Source: Candidatus Eiseniibacteriota bacterium (GTDB lineage: Bacteria > Eisenbacteria > RBG-16-71-46 > CAVPCR01). From it: a DNA stretch of 64,000 nt. Location of the stretch: assembly GCA_963702435.1 (NCBI GenBank), contig CAVPCR010000002.1, positions 1 through 64,000 of the forward strand, read 5' to 3'. The notes under the pieces were generated by a model that saw only the letters and a list, made by a program, of their open reading frames with translations, did no database searches and was not told the DNA's origin. Both the position numbers and the translations under genes were made by a program. This document shows positions 49,452 to 59,122 of this stretch, piece by piece (the first letter of the stretch is position 1; each line of letters starts with the position of its first letter).

Positions 49452-51512
49452 CTACGCGGCCTTGCGGGCCGCGACCGGCAGCGCCGGCGGCGAAGCCGGT
49501 TCCCGATAGAACGCGATCGGTGCGATCGCGAGGCAGTGGGTGGCCACCGCCGCCAGCATCACATCCCAGATCCCCGGAACCGTCGGCCAAGTTGAGAGCC
49601 CGCAGACGAAGCCGACGCCGACCGACATGAGGATCTGGACGATCCAGGTGAGCGTAAGCGCCGGGGCGTGCAGGATGGCGCGCGGCGAGGTGCTCGTGAC
49701 GTCCATCGTCGGCGGCGGGCCGAGGTTCGCCATCACGTCCGGGGTTGCGGCCTTCACCGTGCTCTCGCGCCACGTGCTGAGGCTCGCGCGCAGCCGCCTC
49801 GCCGCGGTCTGGGCGGCGATCGCGTTCCCGGCGCCGAGGGGGATGAGACCGAACACCCCCGAGGAGCCGTCGGCACGCTCCCAGCGCAGTCGCACGGCCC
49901 GCACGCGGATCCACCCCGGGAGGCCGCGATCGAGCCACACCTCCCGGACCTCGGCCGGTGTCAGCGAGAAGCGTGACTCCTCGCCCGCGTAGTCGATGCG
50001 GAGGGGGGTGATGGCAAGGAAGCCGGCGTCCCATTCGGCGAAACCTTCGTAGAGGCGCGGCGCGGCGTGGGGTGCGAGGCCAACGAAGGACTCGCGGCCA
50101 CGGCCTGCCTCCCGGACCTCCGGCCACCGTCTGGCCTCCAGCGCCCGGCGCAGCGCCAGCAGCGAGCGCGGCGCAAGCAAAAGCCACGTCAGTTGCCAGG
50201 CCAGGAAGGTGACGAGGATGGCGAGGGCGAGCCCGGCGAGGCGCGACAGCAGCAGGAACTTGAGGATCCAGATCGTGGCGGCGGGGACGAAGACCGAAAC
50301 GGCGAGCAGAGACCACGCCACCTGGTTCTGGGCGCGGCGGCGGAAATCGCTGCCGAAGGCGCGCGGCGCGACCACCGCCTCGGGCATCGCCCACCGCTCC
50401 CCCGCCGCCGGGGTGTGGTCCATGAGATCGATGAGGAGCGCCGGATCGAGCCCGGCGCGGGCCGCCAGGCGCATAGCGCGGCGCTCGAGGGAAGGGTGCG
50501 TGAGCAGGCACTCGCGAGCCCGCGACCAGCGGAGAGGCACCTGGGAGAGGCGAGACAGCCGGGCCAGGCCGGTGACGAGCGCCTCCGGTCTGGCCCCGAG
50601 ATCGATGGCCCGAGCATCGGTGGCGAACTCGATGCGGCGCGCAAACGCCAGGTAACCGAGGAGACCCGCGGCCGGCGCGAACACCAGGACCCAGAGGCCC
50701 CCCCAGAAACTCGCCGCGACGGCCAGGGTCAGGAGGAAGAGCCCGCGCGCGAGCTTGTCTGGATCCTTGCGTGCGAGGTGCGCCATCTCATGCGCGAGCA
50801 CGGCGTCCACCTCATCGCGATCGAGGTGGTCGAGCAGGACGTCCGTGAGCAGGACCACATTGTTGGTTACCGCGAAGGCATTGGCGAGGCGTACCCGTCT
50901 GAGCGGCACGACGTAGAGCTGCGTTAGCTTCACCCCAGCGCGCGCGGCGATGGCGAAGACCCGATCGCGGAGCTCGCCGCTGGTTACGGCATGAAAGGTG
51001 AGCCCGGCGTTGCGCTGGCGGCGGCCGAGGAGCGTGATCGCGAGGGCGACGGCGACGGCGACGGCGAGCGCTCCGCCGCCGCGCCCCCCGGTCGCGAGCG
51101 CCCCGATGGCCGCGGCGCCTATCGTGAGCGGGAGCAGCGTGCCGGCGAGAAGGAGCAGGGCATCGCGGCGCGCCTCGCTCCAGGTCCAATCAGTGAGCCC
51201 CGCCCGGCGTGCGACATCGAAGCCGAGAGTGGCGAGCGTGGCGAGGGAAACGAGGAGCGGCCCCGCCAGGACTCCCATGGCCACCCCCCACCTGAGCCAG
51301 GGGGCGTTCTCGCTCAGCCCCGCGTGAACTGCCGGCAAGAGGACCCGCAGCGCCGGCGGGAGCCAGAGGAGAGCGGAGACCAGACCCACCCACTGGCTGC
51401 GCTGCATGAAGGCGAAGTACGAGGGGGGCCGCTCGCGCAGGGCGACGCGGTGCGACCACAGAGCAAGCCCCAGGGGAAGGACGAAGGCAGCTACCAGAAC
51501 GACGCCGGCCAT
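49452..51512 (-). CDS. M48 (HtpX/Ste24-like) membrane metallopeptidase with extended C-terminus
   Basis: ANAFA, AVLAHEMAH, EFATD, LTHPSLERR; multiple TM segments. Confidence 0.88.
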   Translation of the reverse strand: MAGVVLVAAFVLPLGLALWSHRVALRERPPSYFAFMQRSQWVGLVSALLWLPPALRVLLPAVHAGLSENAPWLRWGVAMGVLAGPLLVSLATLATLGFDVARRAGLTDWTWSEARRDALLLLAGTLLPLTIGAAAIGALATGGRGGGALAVAVAVALAITLLGRRQRNAGLTFHAVTSGELRDRVFAIAARAGVKLTQLYVVPLRRVRLANAFAVTNNVVLLTDVLLDHLDRDEVDAVLAHEMAHLARKDPDKLARGLFLLTLAVAASFWGGLWVLVFAPAAGLLGYLAFARRIEFATDARAIDLGARPEALVTGLARLSRLSQVPLRWSRARECLLTHPSLERRAMRLAARAGLDPALLIDLMDHTPAAGERWAMPEAVVAPRAFGSDFRRRAQNQVAWSLLAVSVFVPAATIWILKFLLLSRLAGLALAILVTFLAWQLTWLLLAPRSLLALRRALEARRWPEVREAGRGRESFVGLAPHAAPRLYEGFAEWDAGFLAITPLRIDYAGEESRFSLTPAEVREVWLDRGLPGWIRVRAVRLRWERADGSSGVFGLIPLGAGNAIAAQTAARRLRASLSTWRESTVKAATPDVMANLGPPPTMDVTSTSPRAILHAPALTLTWIVQILMSVGVGFVCGLSTWPTVPGIWDVMLAAVATHCLAIAPIAFYREPASPPALPVAARKAA

Positions 51513-51640
51513 GAGGACGTTATCGGCAACCGGCGTCCTGGTCTGGAGGAGGCGCCGCCCACCCCAGGCCGCGACAGATGTCGTCGAGTCGACTAGCCCG
51601 GATCAACTGGATCGCCGAACCCACCGGACCTGCTTCGCGG

Positions 51641-52600
51641 CTACTTGATGGCTATCGGATTGACGATCGCCTGCACGCCGCCGGTTATCCGCGGTGTTCC
51701 AAGCGTGAAGAAGAACTCCCACGCCTTGTCGCGTGCAAGCTCGGCTGTATTCATGCTCTCGAGCAGGTAGACGCCGTTCATCGCCAGCAGGATCTGGTGG
51801 ACCTCGTATACGCCGGCGCCGTTTTCGAAGGGGATCACCTCGAAGCTCGGCGTGTCGATGCCGACCGCCGCCACCTCCAGAGAGGCGAGGTATCGTGAGC
51901 CATCGCGGCCGAGGCCTGGGCCAACGGAGATGAAGCGCTTGTTGTCCTTTCCGAGGAGCTGCATCCATCCCGTGTGAAAGAGCACGACATCACCTTTCTC
52001 GATTGCCTTGATGCTCTGCCGCTTCATCGCCCCCTCGATCTCAGCCCGGTTGATCGCGGTGCCCTCCTTCACGATGTCGGTGCCAAGATACCCGGCGATG
52101 TCGAGAAGGACGCCTCGGGTCGCAATCGCCGGAATGTTCTCGACACCGAGCTTGGTCAGGCCGTCCGGGCGCACGAAGTCGGCCGCCCTGTTGCAGTTGA
52201 AATAGACATTGTCGATGCCGACATGCCCGAACCCGTCGATCTGCGAACCGATGCCGACCCAGCCCGTGATGATGTCGTCGTTGTAGGTGGTCTTGGTCGG
52301 CCCCATACCGACGCCGCCGGCCTGGTCCGGCTGCAGCACGGTAATGCTGAATCTCCGCGTGCCGTACGCGGGCGTGTCCTTGTTGGTCTCGATGCCGAGC
52401 CGGTAGGACTTTCCCGCGGTGATCAGTTTCGACGCGGAGAGCGTCTTGGCCGGCGTAACGTGCCTGACGTTCCCGATCTGATCATCGGGGCCGAACCTGG
52501 ACGCGGTTTGCCAGGGGCCATCCTGCGCGTGGGCCGCGGCAGCCAGCAGCAAGCCGGCGGCGAGCATCGACAGGAACTGAGATTCGAGCAGAGCCCGCAT
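51641..52600 (-). CDS. Exported cyclase-family (kynurenine formamidase-like) protein
   Basis: FGPDDQIGN, GSQIDGFGH, TRGVLLDIA, GDVVLFHTGW, VHQILL..GVYLLE, NPIAI. Confidence 0.85.
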   Translation of the reverse strand: MRALLESQFLSMLAAGLLLAAAAHAQDGPWQTASRFGPDDQIGNVRHVTPAKTLSASKLITAGKSYRLGIETNKDTPAYGTRRFSITVLQPDQAGGVGMGPTKTTYNDDIITGWVGIGSQIDGFGHVGIDNVYFNCNRAADFVRPDGLTKLGVENIPAIATRGVLLDIAGYLGTDIVKEGTAINRAEIEGAMKRQSIKAIEKGDVVLFHTGWMQLLGKDNKRFISVGPGLGRDGSRYLASLEVAAVGIDTPSFEVIPFENGAGVYEVHQILLAMNGVYLLESMNTAELARDKAWEFFFTLGTPRITGGVQAIVNPIAIK

Positions 52601-53054
52601 CTTCACATTGACCACCTTTCCGTGGGGTTGACGCTGGAGCGCTTCTCGGGCGCCCGCCGTCAGGGGCCCGTCAGCGTCCATGAACGGACCGGGATAGGGC
52701 ACACCTTGAGCATTCCGTCCCGAGTATCGCCCCGGCGGGGGCTGCGTCAAGGCGGTGTCGACTTCGGCGGAGCCTCAGGACCGCGCCACTCAGGTCGAGC
52801 GCGCCTGCGCAAACCGGGATGCCACTGGTCAGGGGCCGCAGCTCCATGTCGCCGGCGTCATCCACCTCGTCAGCGGACAGGATGGGCATCCCGGCGGGCG
52901 ACGGCGCCCGCGGCGAGCGCGGGCGCCGGGACACGGCGGACGACCGCCCGCGCTGCCGTGAGCAGGCAGTTTCGGGAAAGTCCATCACATCAACAGGTTC
53001 GACGGCCTGAACCCCTGCGCCGCGCTTCCCAGTGACCAGCGCACCGGTCGCGCG

Positions 53055-55364
53055 CTACGCCCTCGCCGGCACCGCGGGCACGGCCTTCGTGCTCCCGGCG
53101 CGCCAGGCCGCGACGATGAAGCCGGCCTCGAGCAGCGCGACGACTATCATAGTGTTGAGGAGGTTGCCGCTGCCGGAGCCGTAGGCATGCAGGCCCGAGC
53201 CGAGGACGTAGTTCACGCCCACGTAGGTCATCAGGATCGTCCAGAACGCGACGATGGACCACGCAGCTACGCCGAACGGGCCGATCTGGCCGTCGCTGCG
53301 CGCGTGCAGGATGGCCATGTAGGCGAGGAACGCGACCAGCGACCAGACCTCCTTCGAGTCCCAGCCCCAGTAGCGGCCCCACGACGACGCGGCCCAGATC
53401 GAGCCGGTCAGGATGCCGGCGATGAGCAGGATCGAGCCCACGAGCAGGTACCAGTAGAGGAGCGAGTTCCACTTCGTCGCCAGCTCGGCCGCCCGCCGGG
53501 GCGCGAACAGCCGCGCGCCCAGGACGAGGTGGCCGAGGAACGTGGCGATCGCGAACGTCGAGTAGCTCACCATGATGATCGGCACGTGGATCGCGAGCCA
53601 CGCGGTGTTGGCGAGCACGGGCGCCATGGGCCGGATGAACGGGTCGATCGACAGGCGGTCGAGCAGCAGCATGACGAGCGCCGACATGGCGGCGGCATTG
53701 TAGACGAGCATGCGGTTGCGCACGAGCAGCGAGATCACGCCGAAGAGCCCGACGCCCCAGCCGAGGAACAGCAACGACTCGTACATGTTCGAGGCCGGGA
53801 TGCGTTCACCGACCTGCCAGCGCGTCGCGATGCCCCAGGTCATCACCGCGAAGCCAAGCACCATGCCGGCGGCGACCAGCCAGCGCAGCCGCCAGCGGTC
53901 GCGCTCGAGCGTCATGCCGGCGGCGATGGCGGCGGGCAGCAGCAGCCACCAGGCGATGCGCGGAAAGTCCACCGCGTTGTAGAGCAGCTCACGCTGGATC
54001 GCGGCCGGGGTGGGGTAGAACGCGGGCGCGCCCGAGCGCGCCTGCGCCTCCATCTTCGTCCACGTCTCGAGCGCGTTCGGGAGCGGCGGCGCGCGCCAGA
54101 GGTCCACGCGGTTCTCGCCCGGGATGGTGCGGATGGCCTCGCCGTTCAGGAACACGTGCAGGACCGTGAGGCGCTCGTTGAACTCGAGCAGGTCCTTGTC
54201 CCCGGGCTCGGGGTCGTGGCGGTGGCTGGCACGCTCGAGCGCCGGACCCATGAGCGCGAGCAGCCGCTGACTGGAGAGCAGCTTCTGGTAGCTCGTGTGC
54301 CGCGTGTTCGCGGGCAGGCCGACGGTGGTCGCGATGAGCGGGTTGATCTTCACGATCGGTTCGCGCATCCAGCCCTCCGGGTCGAGCGACCAGCCCATCA
54401 CCATCGCCACGGGGTCCATGCCCTTCCAGCGCCGCTGGCCGGTCACCTGCAGCACGGCCTCGCGCGCCTGCGTGTCGAACGGCATCTCGCGGCCGTCGTA
54501 CTGGACGGGCAACTGCCTGAGCGCCGGCAGAGCGTCGGCGGGTGGCAGCTTCGCCGCCCCGGCGGCCGGCGGGCCGCCGGCCAGAGCCGCCGCACCGAGC
54601 GCGGCGGCGAGCGCCACGATGTGCAGCCGCGCAACCGGCGCGCCGGCCGGCGCGGTGCGCAGCTTCACGGCGGCGCGGTGCTGGAAGATGCGCGTGACCA
54701 TCACCACGAGCATGCCGCCGACGAGCAAGTAGTACCCCCAGAAGACGATGTCCTGCCCCGGGTCCCTCGCGACCGAGAGCACGGACATCGCGCGGCCCTC
54801 GCTGAACTGGTAGCTGGACTGGAAGAAGCGGTAGCCGCCGTGCGTGAACGGCTTGTTCATCTCGATCACGGCCGGGATCTCGCGCCCGCCGTCGAGCACC
54901 GTGATGCGGCTCCGGTACATCGAGGCGCGCTGCGTGCCGGGATAGACGTCCATCTGGAAGTCGTCGAGGCGGACGGTGAACGGAATCGGAGTGGCCGACT
55001 CGTGGCCGTCCACAAGGCGCAGGAACTGATTCGAGCTCTCGCCCTCCCACAAGCCGAGCTGTCCGTCTACGCCCTTCCACGCGGTCACGACGGCGCCCGC
55101 GAGGATGAGCAGCATCGAGGTGTGCGTGATCAGGAATCCGATGCGCCAGCGGTTGCGCGGCCAGCGTGCCCAGAGCGCGGCCGTGACGTTGAGCGCGAAC
55201 ACGCCCTGCAGCGCGAAGAACCACGGCGCGTAGTAGACGGCCCGGGCGGCTGCAGTGCCACGCAGCGACTCGAGGATGGTGCCGACCGACAGGACGATGG
55301 CGAGCAGGATCAGCAGCGCGGTCGTCAGCTTGAGCGAGGCGAGCACGCGAACGAATGGAGGCAT
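53055..55364 (-). CDS. Cytochrome c biogenesis system II fusion (CcsB/ResB plus CcsA/ResC)
   Basis: GFLITH..LILAG, MNKPF..GYRFFQSSY, DPG, SNMYES, WLAIHV, WAASSWGRYWGWDSKE, GLHAYG. Confidence 0.93.
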   Translation of the reverse strand: MPPFVRVLASLKLTTALLILLAIVLSVGTILESLRGTAAARAVYYAPWFFALQGVFALNVTAALWARWPRNRWRIGFLITHTSMLLILAGAVVTAWKGVDGQLGLWEGESSNQFLRLVDGHESATPIPFTVRLDDFQMDVYPGTQRASMYRSRITVLDGGREIPAVIEMNKPFTHGGYRFFQSSYQFSEGRAMSVLSVARDPGQDIVFWGYYLLVGGMLVVMVTRIFQHRAAVKLRTAPAGAPVARLHIVALAAALGAAALAGGPPAAGAAKLPPADALPALRQLPVQYDGREMPFDTQAREAVLQVTGQRRWKGMDPVAMVMGWSLDPEGWMREPIVKINPLIATTVGLPANTRHTSYQKLLSSQRLLALMGPALERASHRHDPEPGDKDLLEFNERLTVLHVFLNGEAIRTIPGENRVDLWRAPPLPNALETWTKMEAQARSGAPAFYPTPAAIQRELLYNAVDFPRIAWWLLLPAAIAAGMTLERDRWRLRWLVAAGMVLGFAVMTWGIATRWQVGERIPASNMYESLLFLGWGVGLFGVISLLVRNRMLVYNAAAMSALVMLLLDRLSIDPFIRPMAPVLANTAWLAIHVPIIMVSYSTFAIATFLGHLVLGARLFAPRRAAELATKWNSLLYWYLLVGSILLIAGILTGSIWAASSWGRYWGWDSKEVWSLVAFLAYMAILHARSDGQIGPFGVAAWSIVAFWTILMTYVGVNYVLGSGLHAYGSGSGNLLNTMIVVALLEAGFIVAAWRAGSTKAVPAVPARA

Positions 55365-55624
55365 GATCAGTTCCTTCCGACGGGTGGGGGCGGAATGCAG
55401 GAGCGAGGATAGGCGCTGCTGGCCCCGGCCGCGATGGGCCGTTGGGCTACCGGCCGGGGGGCCCGGGGCCCCTCCGGGGCGGGCGGCCGGACCCCCGGCT
55501 CCGGGACGGGCCCCCGCCCCAGCTGTCACGCAACGCCGTTTCGACCTTTCTGCCCTCCGCAGTTGGAGCCGCCGCTCGTCGTCCGGACGATCTCCGAGCT
55601 CGCCAGGTCTACGGCGCCGGACGC

Positions 55625-57154
55625 CTAGCGCACCTTGACCGAGAGCACCGCCGCCCACACCTTGTCGGCAGCCAAGTCGAGCGTGGCGTTGGGGCGGTCC
55701 TGGTCCCCGAAATCGATCGTGTCGGTCGCGGCGTCGAAGCTGGCGACGTCGCCGTCGACCGCATCGGTCAGCGTCCCGGCGCCATCGACCGCGGCGAAGA
55801 TGGCGGCTTCTTCCGCGGCGGTGCAGTCCGGATCGGCGCAGACGTCGACCGAGGAGTCGACCTTGATCGTCCCCGGCAGGTACTGGAACGCGGCGGGATC
55901 GAGCACGTCCCGGGCGCTGACGTCGAGGATCGCGTCCCCCGGGTTGTTGATGTAGAGGAGGAACTTCACGGTTGCGCCGGCCGGGACCTCGGCGCCCGAG
56001 GGGATCGGCGTTCCGTCAGCCTGGAAGGCCCGTTTGATGAGGCGGGGTTCGATCTTCTCGCTCCCGAGAGCCTGGTAGGTCCCCGGGTCTCCCTGGTTGC
56101 GGAAGCAGGCCCGGAGCCAATCCGTGGATCTCGGCACGGAGGAGATCCGTACCTCGTCGATCTTCCCGTCCCACGCGCCGAAGGATCCCACATTGCCGTA
56201 GTTGTTGCCGATCGCGATCTGCCAGGAGTTGACCCGCATGCTCCCGGTCTTGCTCAGGCTGCCCGCCGCGAGGCCGTCCCGCAGGAGCCGCATGGTCGCT
56301 CCGTCGTAGGTCGCCGCAGCCAGATACCAGAGGTTCCCGTCGGGTAGGTACCCATTGGGGGAGGAACCGAAGAGCACGGAGGTCCCGATGGCATCGTCCG
56401 TTCCGGTCTTGAGCCGGAACCTCAGCCGGTTCTCGCCCGAGGTGCCATCGAAGAGGCTCAGCATGAAGACGTGATCCTCGTTCGCCGTCCCCTGAGCCTT
56501 CGAGACGACCCGAGGGTCGTCCTCCGCGAACGCGTCATCGCTCCTGATCCAGGCCGAGAGCGTGAGGCCCGTGCCCGCCACGCTCCAGGCTCCGATACGC
56601 ACCTCGTCGTTGCCGTCCGCGGGGAGGAAGTCCTGACCATCGGCGATCTGCGCCGGAACGTCCGTGGAACCCACATTCGTGCCGTGGTGGCCTCCGATGG
56701 AGTCGTCGAAGTCGTCGTGGAGGTGGTACACGGCTTCGTAGCCGTTGCTCCAGACTCCCGGAACGTCCTCCTGGCTCCCCGTGGTTCCATTTCCGTAGTA
56801 GAGATAGAGCGTGGTCGCGTTCGCGGAGGAGAGGAGCGGCACCTTGACCCAGGCGAAGAGCTCGCCCCCAATGGGGTCGTACTCCTCGATCTCGTGATCC
56901 AGCTGGGTCGATCCGTCGGCCGCCGTGAAAAGCAGGTCGTCGCCGTCCGCCTGGGCCCGGGTGAAAACCGGGTTCCCGGCGTCCACGATCCGGATGAGAC
57001 AGGGGAAGTCGGTGAGATCGGAGTTGGTCACGGTCGCGGAGATCGTGATCTCCTGGCGGTAGGGCCAGGCCGAACCGTACCAGGCGGCCCGGGCCGTGGT
57101 CGCAAGGGCCAGCCCGACGATCGAGATCGCTGCAGCGACTCGTAGGGGCCCCAA
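55625..57154 (-). CDS. Secreted DUF2341 plus LamG/ConA-like protein with DUF11-like C-terminal module
   Basis: AWYGSAWPYRQEITI, DGDDLLFT..QLDHEIE, WVKVP, LYLYYGN, GKIDEVRIS, RDVLD..YLPGTIKVD. Confidence 0.8.
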   Translation of the reverse strand: MGPLRVAAAISIVGLALATTARAAWYGSAWPYRQEITISATVTNSDLTDFPCLIRIVDAGNPVFTRAQADGDDLLFTAADGSTQLDHEIEEYDPIGGELFAWVKVPLLSSANATTLYLYYGNGTTGSQEDVPGVWSNGYEAVYHLHDDFDDSIGGHHGTNVGSTDVPAQIADGQDFLPADGNDEVRIGAWSVAGTGLTLSAWIRSDDAFAEDDPRVVSKAQGTANEDHVFMLSLFDGTSGENRLRFRLKTGTDDAIGTSVLFGSSPNGYLPDGNLWYLAAATYDGATMRLLRDGLAAGSLSKTGSMRVNSWQIAIGNNYGNVGSFGAWDGKIDEVRISSVPRSTDWLRACFRNQGDPGTYQALGSEKIEPRLIKRAFQADGTPIPSGAEVPAGATVKFLLYINNPGDAILDVSARDVLDPAAFQYLPGTIKVDSSVDVCADPDCTAAEEAAIFAAVDGAGTLTDAVDGDVASFDAATDTIDFGDQDRPNATLDLAADKVWAAVLSVKVR

Positions 57155-57356
57155 TGTCCCTTCCAGAAGCGCCTCCAGGTTGCGTCCTCTGCAATTGGTG
57201 GAACGGCCGTGGATGAGTTACCCTAACACAGAATCCCACCCGCGGCCGATCCTCACCATCGCGAAGGCACAGGTGATTGCATCGCGTGCCACTTGTCCGA
57301 TGCAGCCTCTTCGTCTCACCACGGCCTGCACTGACCCCTGAACTCGTGCCTGCGGG

Positions 57357-57623
57357 TTGGCCGCGGCGGGGCGCTTCCTCGGCGACCGCGAGAAGAACCG
57401 CGTCGACGCGGTGTCCGGCACCGTCTTCGTGAGCCCGATCTTCGTCTGGTACAGCGACGACTTCGGGGGCTCGAACGAGGCCCTGGGCCGCTACCTGGCC
57501 CGCTTCTGGCCGCAGGGCCCGGAGCGGGATCTCCTCCTGTCCGGCCGCTTCCGCCTCCGCGAGACCGAGTACGACTGGAGACTGAACGGCTTGGCGCAGG
57601 GATCTCCTCAACGTCGACCTTGA
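57357..57623 (+). pseudogene. C-terminal remnant of a DUF547-family protein
   Basis: VSPIFVWYSDDF and YDWRLN motifs; no N-terminal domain, RBS or credible start. Confidence 0.7.
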
Positions 57624-57697
57624 CGTGGCGAGGCCTCGTTTGCGCGCGGTGTCAGCAGTGGTCGCTCGGAGCCACAGCGCTGAGTGCCGCGCCGCGC

Positions 57698-58612
57698 TCA
57701 CGCTGCGGCGGCCGGGCGCGGCTTGACGAGCACCGATCTCCGCTCGCGCTCGCGGAGGAAGGCGATCTCCACCTCCGGCCGCCCCGCGAGCACCAGGACC
57801 CGCTGCAGGTCATCCACGCTCGCGAGCGGTGTGCCGTTGGCGGCGACGAGGAGATCACCATCGCGGAGCCCGGCCGCGGCCGCCGGTGACTCCGCGCCCA
57901 CATCGAAGACGCGGAGCGCGCGCGCCTGGCCGAGTTCCGCGGCGAGGCGCGGCGCGAGGCGCACCCCGCGCGCGGCGACCCCGAGGAGCGGGCGCCGGAT
58001 CTCGCCCTTCTCGACGAGCACCGCCGCGACCCAGCTCGCGGTCGCCGCGGGCACCGCGAAGCCGATCCCCTGCGCGTACGGGATGATCGCGGTGTTGATG
58101 CCGACGACCGCCCCCTCGGCGTTCACGAGCGGCCCGCCCGAGTTCCCCGGGTTGATCGCGGCATCGGTCTGGATCAGCCCTTCGACGAGGCTGCCGTCCG
58201 CTCCGCCGAGGCTCCGGTCGAGCGCGCTCACGACACCGAGGCTCACCGAGCGCTCGAAGCGGAGCGGATTCCCGATGGCGACGACGAGCTGGCCCACGCG
58301 CACGCTGTCGCGCGCCGCGAGCGCGAGATGCGGGAGCTCCTCTCCCGCCGCCGGCTTGACGCGGACGACGGCGAGATCGGTGCGCCGATCGACGCCCGCG
58401 ATCTCCCCGGCGAGCGCGCTTCCGTCCTGGAAGCCGATCCGGAGCGCGCCCCGCCCCCGCGCGACGACGTGCGCGTTGGTGAGGACGAGCCCGTCCCCGC
58501 GGAGGACGAGCCCGCTCCCCTCCCCCAGGTGGTGCTCGACGCTGACCACGGCGGGCGCGGTGCGGGCAACGAGCGTTTCGAGCTCGGACGAGAAGAGGCG
58601 GAGGAAGTCCAT
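57698..58612 (-). CDS. HtrA/DegP-like trypsin serine protease with one PDZ domain, no signal peptide
   Basis: GSG, LTNAHV, TDLAV, IQTDAAINPGNSGGPL, SPAAAAGLRDGD. Confidence 0.93.
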   Translation of the reverse strand: MDFLRLFSSELETLVARTAPAVVSVEHHLGEGSGLVLRGDGLVLTNAHVVARGRGALRIGFQDGSALAGEIAGVDRRTDLAVVRVKPAAGEELPHLALAARDSVRVGQLVVAIGNPLRFERSVSLGVVSALDRSLGGADGSLVEGLIQTDAAINPGNSGGPLVNAEGAVVGINTAIIPYAQGIGFAVPAATASWVAAVLVEKGEIRRPLLGVAARGVRLAPRLAAELGQARALRVFDVGAESPAAAAGLRDGDLLVAANGTPLASVDDLQRVLVLAGRPEVEIAFLRERERRSVLVKPRPAAAA

Positions 58613-58683
58613 GCGACCATTCTCGCCCGCCGTGCGGCGGTGGCGCATCGCGCGAAAGGCCAGGCCCGACCCTGATCCTTCGG

Positions 58684-59079
58684 CTAGAGCGGAACCCGCT
58701 CGGCCACGTGCCCGAGCCCGGGCAGGTGGAAGCGCTCGCCGGAGAGCGCCTTGAGCGCCCCGGCGAGGCCGAGCCCGAGGAGAGCGAGACCGAAGCTCAG
58801 GCGGGAGAGCGTGATGATGATGACGCCGAGGACCGGGAGCCCCGTGAGCGCCCACTCGATCACGCGGAGGGCGAGGCCGAGCACGACGAGGAGGACGAGG
58901 AGGACGAAGCCCTGGCGGGCGTGGTGGCGCGCGAACTCGTCGCGAGGCGCGAAGAAGTACGGGAGGAAGCAGAGGAAGGGGACATACGAGAGCGCGGCGA
59001 GGACCCGGCTCTCGTCCGTGTCCTCTTCCCCGGGCGCGGCGCCGCGGGGCATCTCCGGTCCGCTATGCGACTCGTTCAC
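58684..59079 (-). CDS. DUF4870 (Tic20-like) membrane protein
   Basis: LAALSY, FARHHARQG, KALSGERFHLP. Confidence 0.8.
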   Translation of the reverse strand: MNESHSGPEMPRGAAPGEEDTDESRVLAALSYVPFLCFLPYFFAPRDEFARHHARQGFVLLVLLVVLGLALRVIEWALTGLPVLGVIIITLSRLSFGLALLGLGLAGALKALSGERFHLPGLGHVAERVPL

Positions 59080-59122
59080 GGCCTTTCGGGCGCACCCGCC
59101 AGAAGAGCGGGCGCGGCCGCCC

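Noticed and set aside
57264..57292. Sigma-54-like GGCAC..TTGC motifs on both strands
   Set aside because: GG-to-GC spacing is 13 and 10 bp rather than the required 12.
47751..57623. Prophage or Xer-exploiting element integrated at dif
   Set aside because: No phage, replication or integrase genes and no second dif-like copy noticed.
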